DNA of 64,000 nt from Abditibacteriaceae bacterium (GTDB lineage Bacteria > Armatimonadota > Abditibacteriia > Abditibacteriales > Abditibacteriaceae), in assembly GCA_965277285.1 (NCBI GenBank), contig OZ255721.1:608001-672000 (forward strand), given 5' to 3'. Numbering within the stretch: position 1 is the first letter of the stretch; every line of letters begins with the position of its first letter. The notes under the pieces were generated by a model. The model was not told where the DNA came from. It did not search any database and worked only from the letters and a program-made list of their open reading frames with translations. Both the position numbers and the translations under genes were made by a program. Below are positions 11,181 through 21,087 of the stretch, piece by piece.

Positions 11181-11266
11181 GCGCGAGTGGCGAAATGGCA
11201 GACGCGCAAGATTCAGGTTCTTGTGCCCGTAAGGGTGTGGAGGTTCAAGTCCTCTCTCGCGCACCA
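11181..11266 (+). tRNA. tRNA-Leu(CAG)
   Basis: GCGCGAG acceptor stem, TGGCAGAC D-loop, CAAGA-TTCAGGT-TCTTG anticodon arm, long variable arm, GGTTCAAGTCC T-arm, CCA end. Confidence 0.96.
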
Positions 11267-11280
11267 AAAGTTGGAGTTGT

Positions 11281-11325
11281 AAAACATAAAACCTCAGCGA
11301 TTAATTTCGCTGAGGTTTTATGTTT
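11281..11325. terminator. Bidirectional intrinsic terminator
   Basis: AAACATAAAACCTCAGCGA-TTAATT-TCGCTGAGGTTTTATGTTT between the tRNA and the convergent gene. Confidence 0.8.
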
Positions 11326-11403
11326 CCCGAATTGGCAAAGTTTCGTCACTTTGTAACCACATCACACAGGCGAGGTTTCCTCGTCCGTCCGGCAGCGACA
11401 AGA

Positions 11404-12072
11404 TTAAGCGCTGGCTCTAATTTTCTTTTCTAGCGTTTCCTGAGCATCCGATTGCTCGTTGTTTTGTTCTTCGGTTTGCTTGATAGTTTGCTCGATTTGC
11501 TCGACCAATTCTTCGGGACGTGTGGCCTTTTCGAGTACTCGAAGTTCGGGATCGCCGCCCATATCGGCGCCAAGTCGCTTGCCGATTTCGTTCAGCATGG
11601 TCAGCATTTTGGTATTTTCCTGTTCGGTCAAAAGCGCGATTTGCAGCGCCAGATGGCTGCGCCTTTCTTCGAGTTGAGTTTCCTGATTCTGACTCATCAA
11701 CAAAAACGAAACCAGAAAAATCGCTTCGATGCCGACAATGAAGGACAAGCGCGGAAACGGCGAATGGTCAAAATGATAACCGCTCAACATCGGCAATTTG
11801 TTCCACACGATCCACGCGCCAAAGAAGGCAACGTGCGACCAGATAAACGTCATTGAGCCGCAATACTTGGTGATTTTGTCCGAAACGCGTTCACTGAGAT
11901 TGCGGTTCGCGCGCGTCGCGGCGTCCAGTTGGATAATGGTTTCGATGTTGCGTTGCGTCAACTCGTCCACCGTTTGCGGTTGATGATAGGAAGCCGTGGC
12001 GTTTTCCGCTTCGTGCTTGCCGTCACGTTTTCTGTGAAGCAGTCGAGAAATGTTGAGGGCTGCGATGTTCAT
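11404..12072 (-). CDS. DUF1003 membrane protein (paralogue of 5685..6266)
   Basis: SD.IT..CGS, FD..PF..L, EAIFL...LMSQN; start placed at MNIAA just after the Nramp stop. Confidence 0.85.
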   Translation of the reverse strand: MNIAALNISRLLHRKRDGKHEAENATASYHQPQTVDELTQRNIETIIQLDAATRANRNLSERVSDKITKYCGSMTFIWSHVAFFGAWIVWNKLPMLSGYHFDHSPFPRLSFIVGIEAIFLVSFLLMSQNQETQLEERRSHLALQIALLTEQENTKMLTMLNEIGKRLGADMGGDPELRVLEKATRPEELVEQIEQTIKQTEEQNNEQSDAQETLEKKIRASA

Positions 12073-12082
12073 TGTTGGATAT

Positions 12083-13408
12083 TCATTTTCCCCACGTCGC
12101 AAACATTCCGACAGCCGCCAGCAACATCACGACTGTCGCAATCCAGCCGGTGATTTGCAAGCGTTTGGGAACCGTAAATTCGCCCATTACTTTGGGATTG
12201 TTGCTCATCAACATCAACATGATCATTACCGGCCCGGCAACCACGCCATTAATGACTGCCGACCAGAACAAGGCTTTCACAGGATCGATTTGCGTGAAGT
12301 TGAGCGCCAAACCCAGCAGCGTGGAAACCGCCAACACGCCGTAAAAACCCTTGGCTTTGCCCAGTTTGCGTTCCAATCCAATCGGCCATTTCATCGCTTC
12401 GCCGACAGCATAAGCCGCGGAACCTGCCAAGACCGGAACCGCCAGCAAACCTGTGCCGATGATGCCCGCCGCAAACAGAAAGAACGCGAACTTGCCCGCG
12501 ATTGGCTCGAGTGCTTTAGCTGCGTCCTGCGCCGTGTTGATGTCAGTGACACCTTTTTGATGCAGCGTTACAGCCGCCGTCAAAATGATGAAGAACGCCA
12601 CCAGATTGGAAACCGCCATGCCGACTGCCGTATCAATCTTGATGCGGTGAAGTTGCGCGGGCGCTTGCGATGGCGCCGTCTTGAGCGGCTTGTCGCCAGG
12701 TGTCACTTTTTCTTCTTCGGCTTCTTCCGAGGCTTGCCAGAAAAATAAATACGGCGAAATTGTTGTCCCCAAAACCGCGATGAAAGTCGTCAGGTAAGCG
12801 GTCTTGAAGGAAATTGATGGAATAAACGTGCTGCGCGCGACCTGACCCCAGTTGATATGCACTGAAAATATCACGCCAATATAAGCCAAAAGCGCCAGCG
12901 TGAACCACTTGAGGATACGCGCATATTTCGTGTAAGGCACAAAGACCTGCAAGCCCAGAGAAAGCAGCGCGAACGCCGCCGCCCACAGCAACGCGGAACC
13001 GCCGATCAACAGTTTCAAGGCTGAACCCATCGCGCCAATGTCGGCGCCCAGGTTGGCGATGTTGGCGACCAGCATCAAGCCGACCAAAATGTACATCAGC
13101 CAAGCCGGATAATAGCGGCGCATATTGCCCGCCAACCCGTGTCCTGTGACGCGGCCAATGCGCGCGCTGATTTCCTGCACGCTTTCCATCAGGGGATAGG
13201 AAAACAGCATCGTCCACAACATGCTCATGCCGAACTGCGCGCCGGTCTGCGAATAGGTCGCAATGCCGCTCGGGTCGTCGTCTGAAGCGCCGGTGATTAA
13301 ACCCGGCCCCAAATTTCGCAACAAACTCTTGAGCGATGCAGGATTCTTCTGATTCTGCACATCCGAAGCGGGCGATGAAGCGACATCTGCTGCGGCAGTT
13401 TTGGTCAT
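12083..13408 (-). CDS. Nramp-family divalent metal transporter
   Basis: LGPGLITGASDDDPSGIATYSQ.GA, GTTISPYLFFWQ; multiple TM helices. Confidence 0.9.
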   Translation of the reverse strand: MTKTAAADVASSPASDVQNQKNPASLKSLLRNLGPGLITGASDDDPSGIATYSQTGAQFGMSMLWTMLFSYPLMESVQEISARIGRVTGHGLAGNMRRYYPAWLMYILVGLMLVANIANLGADIGAMGSALKLLIGGSALLWAAAFALLSLGLQVFVPYTKYARILKWFTLALLAYIGVIFSVHINWGQVARSTFIPSISFKTAYLTTFIAVLGTTISPYLFFWQASEEAEEEKVTPGDKPLKTAPSQAPAQLHRIKIDTAVGMAVSNLVAFFIILTAAVTLHQKGVTDINTAQDAAKALEPIAGKFAFFLFAAGIIGTGLLAVPVLAGSAAYAVGEAMKWPIGLERKLGKAKGFYGVLAVSTLLGLALNFTQIDPVKALFWSAVINGVVAGPVMIMLMLMSNNPKVMGEFTVPKRLQITGWIATVVMLLAAVGMFATWGK

Positions 13409-13731
13409 GAGAGTTTTCCTTGAAAGTTAAACGTCGCGGTCTTCTTATGTTCTAAAATGACCTTGAACGGCGCGCCAAATGGCAAGTAGCGCACCAACGC
13501 ACGAATCATCGTTTTAAGTTCTCTTTAAGCCTTGGTTTCGAGTACTCGAATGGCACACAAAACAAAAACGTCCGCGCCGGAGCGAGCCGGGAGGACGTTT
13601 TCTGTTGGGAAAGGTTTATTCGCGCAGCAAATCCATCAAAGACGGAAAACTTTCAAGCCATCACCGAATTTTCCGGGCGCAGCTTGTGTGGCTTCTCGCA
13701 TTTGCGCGATTTGAGTACTCGAAAACGAAAA

Positions 13732-13757
13732 TAGGGACGCATTACGATGCGTCCCTA
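13732..13757. repeat. Short GTAG-type REP hairpin / terminator after nuoB
   Basis: TAGGGACGCAT-TACG-ATGCGTCCCTA. Confidence 0.65.
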
Positions 13758-13765
13758 CAACTTCG

Positions 13766-14482
13766 TCAATGAGGAATTTGTTCTTTTTGCCGCGCTTTTT
13801 GTCGAACTCTGGCAGCACGCAAGCGCGTTTTATTTTCTTGGTTTGGGCCGCCGACTTCGCGTCCGTCTGCTTCCACAGCGGCATCTTTGACGCGGCGCGC
13901 ATCTTTCATAGCGGGCGTATTGATCGCCGTTGGAGTAAGCGGAACTTCGCCTTTGGCGCGACGAATGCCTTCGCGCTCAATTTTTTCCTGCAATTGAATA
14001 ATGCCCCAGATCAATTGTTCAGGGCGAGGCGGGCAGCCTGGCACATAAATATCGACGGGCACGATGCGATCAACGCCCTGCACAATCGCGTAATTGTTGA
14101 AAACGCCGCCGCAACTGGCGCAGGCGCCCATCGAAATCACCCATTTCGGTTCTGCCATTTGGTCGTAAATCTGGCGCAGAACCGGTGCCATTTTCTGCGA
14201 AACGCGACCCGCGACAATCATCACATCGGCCTGTCGTGGCGAAGCGCGAAATACTTCGCTGCCAAAACGCGAGATGTCGTACTTGGCGCCCACAGTCGCC
14301 ATCATTTCGATGGCGCAGCACGCCAAGCCGAACGTCAGCGGCCACAAGCTGCCTTTGCGCGCCCACGAAACCAGTTCGCTGAGCGTGCCCAACATGACGT
14401 GATCGTCCAGGTTATCCGACTGCGGATTGGCGCCAGTTGTCGGGCCTTTCGGCTCCAATTCAATGATATTTGGGTTTGACAT
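13766..14482 (-). CDS. nuoB: NADH-quinone oxidoreductase subunit B
   Basis: [31 protein letters not shown]. Confidence 0.96.
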   Translation of the reverse strand: MSNPNIIELEPKGPTTGANPQSDNLDDHVMLGTLSELVSWARKGSLWPLTFGLACCAIEMMATVGAKYDISRFGSEVFRASPRQADVMIVAGRVSQKMAPVLRQIYDQMAEPKWVISMGACASCGGVFNNYAIVQGVDRIVPVDIYVPGCPPRPEQLIWGIIQLQEKIEREGIRRAKGEVPLTPTAINTPAMKDARRVKDAAVEADGREVGGPNQENKTRLRAARVRQKARQKEQIPH

Positions 14483-14507
14483 GATGACCTTTTTCGCCTC
14501 AGTTCCG

Positions 14508-14876
14508 TTAGTCCCAATCGAGAGCGCCGCGACGCCACAAGTAGATGTATCCCAGCACCAGAAAGCCCAGAAAAGTGAACATTTCGATCAAGCCGAATAG
14601 TTTCAACTGCTGGAACATAACCGCCCACGGATAAAGGAAAATCGCTTCGATGTCGAACAAAATGAACAGCATCGCAATGATGTAGAACTTGACGGAAAAA
14701 CGCAAACGCGCATCGCCGACCGGATCAATGCCGCATTCATACGCTTCGTTTTTGATCTGCGTCGGACGACGCGGCCCGAAAAACTGCGACATGATAATCG
14801 CCGCGCCCGCAAAGACAACAGCCACGAAAAGCAACGCCAGAACCGGAAAAATACCGCTTGTTGTGCTGAAATTCAT
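14508..14876 (-). CDS. nuoA: NADH-quinone oxidoreductase subunit A
   Basis: [29 protein letters not shown]; start at MNFSTT. Confidence 0.95.
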   Translation of the reverse strand: MNFSTTSGIFPVLALLFVAVVFAGAAIIMSQFFGPRRPTQIKNEAYECGIDPVGDARLRFSVKFYIIAMLFILFDIEAIFLYPWAVMFQQLKLFGLIEMFTFLGFLVLGYIYLWRRGALDWD

Positions 14877-14915
14877 AATTCGAGTACTCGATTCTCCCAC
14901 TGCAATTATAAACGG

Positions 14916-14933
14916 TTGTGAAAAATCACACAA
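14916..14933. promoter_or_regulatory. Candidate Rex operator overlapping the nuoA promoter
   Basis: TTGTGAAAAATCACACAA resembles TTGTGAA-N4-TTCACAA; minus-strand TATAAT at 14905-14910. Confidence 0.55.
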
Positions 14934-14939
14934 GCAAGA

Positions 14940-15054
14940 TTCAGTAGGCAACGGCAGAAAGCAGGAGGCAGTTGGTACGCAGAACATTCCAGCGACGCAG
15001 CTTGAACTTCGAGCACTCGAACTGCCTCCTGCTTTCTGCCGCTGCCTCCTGAAC
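14940..15054. repeat. Heptamer-based (GGCAGNA) inverted repeat element
   Basis: TTCAGTAGGCAACGGCAGAAAGCAGGAGGCAGTT ... AACTGCCTCCTGCTTTCTGCCGCTGCCTCCTGAA; half copy at 38014-38050. Confidence 0.75.
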
Positions 15055-17001
15055 TCACCGTCGGACGAACTTGCGCTTGTTCTTTTTGAAACCGCCGTCC
15101 AGTTTTCCGGCATCGAAGCGCCACAGAAATTGTTGCGGGCCGCGTTGCTTGAAACTGAAGCATTGATAAGCTGACAAAACTGAGCACATCAAGCGCTTGG
15201 AAGTGCGGCGCACCACGTTGACTTCGGCCCACAGCGTGGGGATTTCGGCGCCGCCCGCGTGTTCGCTGATGACGGTTTGCAGCAGATCGAACAACGACAA
15301 ATAACTCGAACGTTCCTGCAGGGCTTCCAATTCGGCGACGCGCTCCAGGTCGAGGTTCATCAGCTTATCGGGTTTGCCCAGTTGCAACGAGAAACGATTG
15401 TTGGCGTCGCGCGAAAACTCCAGCACGCCGCCCGAAGGTGGAACTCGCAGGCGATACCAATCGCCCAGGCCAAGAATCAAACCACTGTCGCGGCTGGCCC
15501 AGGCCGTCACCTCTTCGCTGCCTTCATCGTCGGTGGCGCGAATCGAAAGCCGTGTCAGGGCGCCTTCGAGACCGAAGAAATCTTCGTCCATGCGACGCAA
15601 TTTGAGGGTGCCTTCGCGGTGATGCGGATAGGTGATGACGTAACGAGTACTCGAATGGTCTTCGGCGCGGCGCATCATCTTCACTTCGACTTCTTCGCCG
15701 ACATCTTCCCATTGCGGATCGTGAACGAAAGTGGCGGCCTCGCCTTCCAAACCGTCGTCGCTCATTTCGATGTCGAGCGGTTCGTTGGTCACGGTGTCGC
15801 GGATCGGCAAGTGAATTGGGCGCAAGCTTTCGGGGATTTTTCCGACTGCTGCGGGCACCGATTCGCGCAACAGAAAGCGTCCCAAACCAGCGGGAAGCCA
15901 GGCCGCATCGCGGCGCAAAGCCTCGTTCAAGCCTTGCAAGGTGCCAGAAAAAGCGGGATCGTCCGGCTCGATTTTCAAAACGTCGGTCAGCACAGAAACC
16001 AGCGAAACTGGTGCTTTGGCCGAACGCGCTAAACGTGTTATTTCTTCAATTTCTGCCGCTTGTGGCGCGATGATTTGCGCGGGCGACAAGCGCGTGCGCA
16101 ACAACGCCGTCAGATCGGCCTGCGAAACCGAAACGCCACCGGCGTGGCTCAGCCAGTTTTGCGTGCGAGCGCGCAAATTGGAAAGTTGCGCTTGCGTCGA
16201 AACCTGTCCGCCGACAAACGAACTGAAGGTCGCGCGGTCGCCTAAAAGCTGCGCTATGTCCGCTATGCGAAAACCTTTTACGTCCTGACGATGCAGCAGA
16301 AAGCCGAGCAATTTCAGCGAAATTGGCTGCGCGACTTGGTTCAAAATGGCGGCGGTGCGCTCGCTCAAAGTTCCCGCGTTCGAGTACTCGATATGAGAAA
16401 AACGCGCAAAATCAAGATCATTTTCCAGATTGTTTTCACGGATGAGCAGCGTTTCGGTGGGCGCTCCGGCTTTCAACAGAAAGTGCGTGTGCAAATAAGT
16501 GTTGGGCACGGTTTGCGTCGCGGCACGCGAAGTTTGCAGCGTGTGCGCCACGCCGTCGCGCACCGTTTCGGGCAAAACGCTGCGCAGATTCGCCACTTCG
16601 CGCACGATGACGGGAAGCGGCAAAGGCTTACCAATTTCAAAAAGCAAGGTGTCGATTGTGGCTTCGAGAGGACGGCGCGTGCGTTCCTGACGACTTTGGT
16701 TTTGCGATTGCGCGCGCAACGTCAGTTCGTAATCGCGCTCGCCGATGGTGATTCGAGTACTCGATTCCAAAGCGTGCTTGAGAGCGGTGCGCCCGAGCGA
16801 CAAGCCTTCGGTGGCGGCGTTGAGTTCGGCGTGAGAAAGCGCGCGACCTGTGCGCAAGAGGGCTGTGACGACTAAATCTTCGATCACAAGTTGCGCCAGA
16901 CGCGCGTCGGAGGAGTGGGGATTTTCGTCAGAAAGCAAATCGGAATTGGTGTTTTGTAGGTGGGTTTGCGGGTCTTCGACCATCGTGAGCGTTCCTTCCA
17001 T
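15055..17001 (-). CDS. Hypothetical protein (648 aa)
   Basis: Long ORF with native codon usage; no motif I recognise. Confidence 0.75.
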   Translation of the reverse strand: MEGTLTMVEDPQTHLQNTNSDLLSDENPHSSDARLAQLVIEDLVVTALLRTGRALSHAELNAATEGLSLGRTALKHALESSTRITIGERDYELTLRAQSQNQSRQERTRRPLEATIDTLLFEIGKPLPLPVIVREVANLRSVLPETVRDGVAHTLQTSRAATQTVPNTYLHTHFLLKAGAPTETLLIRENNLENDLDFARFSHIEYSNAGTLSERTAAILNQVAQPISLKLLGFLLHRQDVKGFRIADIAQLLGDRATFSSFVGGQVSTQAQLSNLRARTQNWLSHAGGVSVSQADLTALLRTRLSPAQIIAPQAAEIEEITRLARSAKAPVSLVSVLTDVLKIEPDDPAFSGTLQGLNEALRRDAAWLPAGLGRFLLRESVPAAVGKIPESLRPIHLPIRDTVTNEPLDIEMSDDGLEGEAATFVHDPQWEDVGEEVEVKMMRRAEDHSSTRYVITYPHHREGTLKLRRMDEDFFGLEGALTRLSIRATDDEGSEEVTAWASRDSGLILGLGDWYRLRVPPSGGVLEFSRDANNRFSLQLGKPDKLMNLDLERVAELEALQERSSYLSLFDLLQTVISEHAGGAEIPTLWAEVNVVRRTSKRLMCSVLSAYQCFSFKQRGPQQFLWRFDAGKLDGGFKKNKRKFVRR

Positions 17002-17115
17002 CGAGTTGATGAGTTGTTTATTGGTGAGTAAGAAAACGACGAACGGTCAAGGTGCGGCGTTGCGTCAAAGACCGAGTTATGCATGACCGTTCATGCGTCA
17101 AAAAACGCGTCAAAG

Positions 17116-17151
17116 AAAAGCCCGGACACCGCAATGACTTCGGTTCCGGGC
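17116..17151 (-). terminator. Intrinsic terminator-like hairpin
   Basis: Minus strand GCCCGGAACCG...CGGTGTCCGGGC followed by TTTTCTTT. Confidence 0.6.
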
Positions 17152-17250
17152 GCGGACGCGAACTTCTGAAAAATGAAAACTTTGTCCTTCAAGGATAACG
17201 CGCGCATGCAAAATCGACAATGCGACTCATGTCTCGGGCCAAACCAAGCC

Positions 17251-17331
17251 GCATAAAACCCCGCGCGTGAGCAAGGGGTCTTGAACTAAACGCTACGATA
17301 AGACCCCTTGCTCGCGCGCGGGGTTCTATGC
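17251..17331. repeat. REP-like inverted repeat related to family A
   Basis: GCATAAAACCCCGCGCGTGAGCAAGGGGTCTT ... AAGACCCCTTGCTCGCGCGCGGGGTTCTATGC. Confidence 0.8.
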
Positions 17332-17346
17332 AGTTGGCCGTTGAAA

Positions 17347-19392
17347 TTACGAGGCTGTGGGCGCGTGATAAAGCGGCAATTCGACGATGAACGTGGCGCC
17401 ATTGCCTGCGCCGTCGCTGTGGGCTTCAACGGTTCCGCCGTGCAAGTCGATCAGCGTTTTGACGATGCTCAGTCCCAACCCGACGCCGCCATGCGAACGC
17501 GTATTTGAAGAATCGGCTTGGCGGAAGGCTTCAAAGATGTGCGGCAGGAATTCCGGCGCGATGCCTGGCCCATTGTCGCTGAATTCGACTTTGATGTGCT
17601 CGCCGTCGCAGCTTTGCGTGATGCGAATTTGGCCGTTCTCGGGCGTAAATTTAATGGCGTTCGACAGCAAGTTCCACGCGATTTGTTGCAAGCGTTGCAC
17701 GTCGCCGCAAACTGGATGCAGTTCGTCGCAGGCGTTCGAGTACTCGATATGAATGTTTTTGGCGCGCGCGGCGGGCGTCACGGTTTGAATCGCGGCCTGC
17801 ACGAATTCGCGCACCAGAACTGGCTCTTGTTCGATTTCCATGCGGCCCATCGTGAGGCGCGAAATATCCAACAAATCTTCGATCAATTGCGCTTGGAGTT
17901 TCGCATTGCGCTCAATGGCGGCGAGCGCATATACGGTCGTTTCTTCGTCCAGTTTCTGGTCGCCCAATAATTGCGCCCAACCCAGAATCGCGTTGAGCGG
18001 CGTGCGCAATTCATGCGACAGCGTGGCCAGAAATTCGTCTTTGGCGCGGCTGGCACTTTGCGCTTCCTGATGCGCTTCTTCAGCTGCGAGCCGCGCTTCA
18101 TGCTCGCGTTGCAAAGCCACGGCGCGTTGTATTTCCGCTTCGCGTTGCGCTGTCACGTCGCGCCGCATTCCCCACACGCGGCGCAAAAATCCATCTTCCC
18201 TGATGCCGATCAAGTTGGTCTCGAAATATTGCGAGTAACCTGAGTCGTCGGTCTTCTGCGCGGGAGCCTCCATCAGGCGATAACCGGCCAAAATAAAGTC
18301 GCGCAGATACGTCACGTTTTGCTCACTGATCGGCATAATGTCGTGCAAACGAGCGCCAACCAGGGCGTCAGCGTTTTCGCGGTGAAGCATTTGCGCCATC
18401 GCGTCGTTGCATTCGGCGATGGCGATGTGGTGCAGGCAATGCTCGATTTGAGTTTCGACGGGCAGGGCGCAATCGAGTGGTTCGTCCAATTCAAAGCGCC
18501 AGATCGCTTCGGAACTTTGTCGCACAAAAGCGCGGTATCGCTCTTCGCTTTGCTGCAAAACCTGCTCGAAATGCTTGCGTTCGCTGATGTCGGTCAACAT
18601 CGCCAGCGAGCCTTGAAATTGTCCGAATTCGTCGCGCAAAGGCGTGCTCGAAACCAGTGTCCAGACTGGCGAACCGTCTTTGCGCAACAATCGCGCTTCG
18701 TATTGCGCGCGCACGCCTTCGCTGCGTTGGCGAAACCGTTCCATGGCCGCGTCGCGCTCTTCGGGCGGAATGAAATCGTACAGCAAAGCGCCCTGCAATT
18801 CCTCGTTGGAATAGCCGAGCATGGTCGCCAGATGTTCGTTGCTGTAAGTTACGTGACCTTGATTATCCAAAATCCAGATGCCTTCAAACGCCGCATCGAG
18901 TACTCGACGATAGCGATCTTCGCTCGTCTGCAAAGCCCGCGAACGTGCAGCGCTCTGCGATTGCGCGCGCCGCATTGTGTAAATAAGCAGCACGATGACA
19001 ACGCTTTCCAATACGAAAAGCACGGTTTCGGTCGCTATCCATGACGTTCCCATCCACGTCGTACCCGAACCAGCGTTTAAGGAAGGTGCGGGAATTGCGG
19101 CGCTGAAAGCCAATGAAAAAGCGGCGCTCAAGAAGACGGCCAGCAAACCGGCGCCCAATCCACCGAACCAAGTGCTGAGAATAACCGCGCTGAAGAACAA
19201 CAAAAACGGCGCGTGCCCACCTAATAAACGGTCGATGCGCAGATTAAAAAACGCCGCCAAACTCACCAAAACTATCGCAATGCTGAGCCGTAGCGCCACC
19301 GATAGCGCGACCGGCGCTGGTGGCAACTTCAAGCGCGGCGCGAAGTAAGCGCGACCGCGCGGCCTGGTAGAATGGGGAGAATCGGAATTCAT
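17347..19392 (-). CDS. Membrane PAS-domain sensor histidine kinase (DUF4118-like N-terminus, HisKA/HATPase)
   Basis: FLATLSHELRTPLNAI, NLLSNAIKFTP, DNGPGI, GLGLSI; PAS repeats. Confidence 0.93.
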   Translation of the reverse strand: MNSDSPHSTRPRGRAYFAPRLKLPPAPVALSVALRLSIAIVLVSLAAFFNLRIDRLLGGHAPFLLFFSAVILSTWFGGLGAGLLAVFLSAAFSLAFSAAIPAPSLNAGSGTTWMGTSWIATETVLFVLESVVIVLLIYTMRRAQSQSAARSRALQTSEDRYRRVLDAAFEGIWILDNQGHVTYSNEHLATMLGYSNEELQGALLYDFIPPEERDAAMERFRQRSEGVRAQYEARLLRKDGSPVWTLVSSTPLRDEFGQFQGSLAMLTDISERKHFEQVLQQSEERYRAFVRQSSEAIWRFELDEPLDCALPVETQIEHCLHHIAIAECNDAMAQMLHRENADALVGARLHDIMPISEQNVTYLRDFILAGYRLMEAPAQKTDDSGYSQYFETNLIGIREDGFLRRVWGMRRDVTAQREAEIQRAVALQREHEARLAAEEAHQEAQSASRAKDEFLATLSHELRTPLNAILGWAQLLGDQKLDEETTVYALAAIERNAKLQAQLIEDLLDISRLTMGRMEIEQEPVLVREFVQAAIQTVTPAARAKNIHIEYSNACDELHPVCGDVQRLQQIAWNLLSNAIKFTPENGQIRITQSCDGEHIKVEFSDNGPGIAPEFLPHIFEAFRQADSSNTRSHGGVGLGLSIVKTLIDLHGGTVEAHSDGAGNGATFIVELPLYHAPTAS

Positions 19393-19433
19393 ATCGAGAG
19401 CGTCAATTTTTGTCGCTGTTAAAACTTCGCGCT

Positions 19434-19533
19434 AAGTAACATCCGTAACGAACCCGAAGCGTGAGCGACGGGTCTTGCATCGAGATGTAGAAGACCCGTC
19501 GCTCACGCTTCGGGTTCGTTACGGATGTTACTT
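19434..19533. repeat. REP-like inverted repeat, family A
   Basis: About 43-bp perfect arms AAGTAACATCCGTAACGAACCCGAAGCGTGAGCGACGGGTCTT. Confidence 0.9.
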
Positions 19534-19658
19534 GAACCATTCCTAAAGTTCATTGTGAGCATCCAGAACTTGTATCGAGTACTCGAAAGCGCTTGGGTGC
19601 GCAGTCTATAGTCGTCAAATGTTTAATGCCACCAGATAAGCCAAAGCATAGACAAATG

Positions 19659-19689
19659 AAAACGCCGGAGCATCGTCGCTCCGGCGTTT
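19659..19689 (-). terminator. Intrinsic terminator after glf
   Basis: AAAACGCCGGAGC-ATCGTC-GCTCCGGCGTTT. Confidence 0.7.
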
Positions 19690-19705
19690 ATTGCGTCGCG
19701 CAGTT

Positions 19706-20821
19706 TCAATTGGAAACGGCATCGCTGCGTTTTTGTCCGCTAATTTTCCCGTACAACGCCAGCGCCTGTCCCGCGACTTGGTCCATGTTGTAGTATTTGT
19801 AAGTCGCCAGGCGACCCACGAAATGCACGTTGGGCGTCGCATCCGCGAGTTCCTGATATTTCTTGTACAAGACCGCGTTGTCCGGACGTGGAATCGGGTA
19901 ATACGGATCGCCTTCGGCCTGCGAAAACTCATACACGATGCTGGTTTTGCGGTGTTCCTGACCCGTCAAATACTTGAACTCGGTAACGCGCGTATAAAGG
20001 TAATCGTTGGGATAATTGATGACCGGCGCTTTTTGATATTGCACCATGTCGTGCGTTTCGTGCTTAAAATCGAGCGAGCGATAGGGCAATTTGCCAAAGC
20101 GCAAATCGAAAAACTCATCGACCGGGCCGCTGTAAATCATCTCGCGGAAGGGAATATACTCCTTGACATCGCGGTAATCCACGTTCAGCATGATGTGAAT
20201 ATTCGGATGATCGAGCATATTTTCAAACATTCGCGTGAAGCCGTGCAGCGGCATCGCCTGATAACTGTCGGTGAAATAGCGGTCGTCGCGGTTGGTGCGT
20301 GTCGGCACGCGCGCCGTCACGGCTGCATCGAGTTCGGACGGATCAAGTCCCCATTGCTTGAGCGTGTAGCCGCGAAAAAACTTTTCGTACAATTCGCGCC
20401 CGACTTTGTTGACAACCACATCTTCCGAAGTACGAATTTCTTCGCGCTTTTCCGCGACCGAGGCAAAGAAATCTTCGACCTGAAACGAAGTCAGGCTCAA
20501 GCCATACAACGTGTTCACCGTGTCAAGGTTGATCGGAATCGGCACCAGATGCCCGTCCACGCTGGCCAGAACGCGATGTTGATATTGGCGCCATTGCGTG
20601 AAGCGCGACAGGTAGTTGAAAATTTCCGCCGAGTTGGTGTGAAAGATATGTGGCCCATAGCGGTGAATCAAAATCCCCGCATCGTTGTAACAATCGTAAG
20701 CGTTGCCCGCGATGTGAGGCCGCTTGTCCACGATCAAGACTTTTTTGTTTGAACCTCGCGCCAAACGTTCGGCCAAAATGCTGCCCGCAAAACCGGCACC
20801 GACAATAAGATAATCGTACAT
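19706..20821 (-). CDS. glf: UDP-galactopyranose mutase
   Basis: YDYLIVGAGFAG, H.YGPHIFHT, PYYP, GRLATYKYYNMDQ. Confidence 0.96.
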   Translation of the reverse strand: MYDYLIVGAGFAGSILAERLARGSNKKVLIVDKRPHIAGNAYDCYNDAGILIHRYGPHIFHTNSAEIFNYLSRFTQWRQYQHRVLASVDGHLVPIPINLDTVNTLYGLSLTSFQVEDFFASVAEKREEIRTSEDVVVNKVGRELYEKFFRGYTLKQWGLDPSELDAAVTARVPTRTNRDDRYFTDSYQAMPLHGFTRMFENMLDHPNIHIMLNVDYRDVKEYIPFREMIYSGPVDEFFDLRFGKLPYRSLDFKHETHDMVQYQKAPVINYPNDYLYTRVTEFKYLTGQEHRKTSIVYEFSQAEGDPYYPIPRPDNAVLYKKYQELADATPNVHFVGRLATYKYYNMDQVAGQALALYGKISGQKRSDAVSN

Positions 20822-20891
20822 GAAATGTATTGAGTAACCTTTGGATAAACCACAGAGACACAGAAAAAAGAAGGGAGAAGTGGAAAGTAAT

Positions 20892-20963
20892 ACTTTGTCA
20901 TTCTGAGCGCAGCAAAGAATCTGATTAAAGTTAGATTCTTCGCTGCGCTCAGAATGACAAAGT
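20892..20963. repeat. REP-like inverted repeat, family B
   Basis: ACTTTGTCATTCTGAGCGCAGCAAAGAATCT ... AGATTCTTCGCTGCGCTCAGAATGACAAAGT. Confidence 0.9.
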
Positions 20964-21087
20964 GCGAGTTTGACGATTTTTCTACTTCCTCTCCACGACG
21001 AGCGCAGCAAACAAAAACGACTTGCAAGTTTCGAGTACTCGATCTTTCTTTCCTTGGCGTCCTTTGCGCCTTGACGGTTCTAATTTC

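Noticed and set aside
11181..13549. Genomic island integrated at tRNA-Leu
   Set aside because: No integrase, and no duplicated tRNA 3' end found in the window.
14877..15113. N-terminal extension of nuoA
   Set aside because: Runs through the heptamer repeat and promoter region; homology begins at MNFSTT.
20822..21010. N-terminal extension of glf containing CHSERSEES
   Set aside because: Translation of a family B repeat; the true start is MYDYL at 20821.
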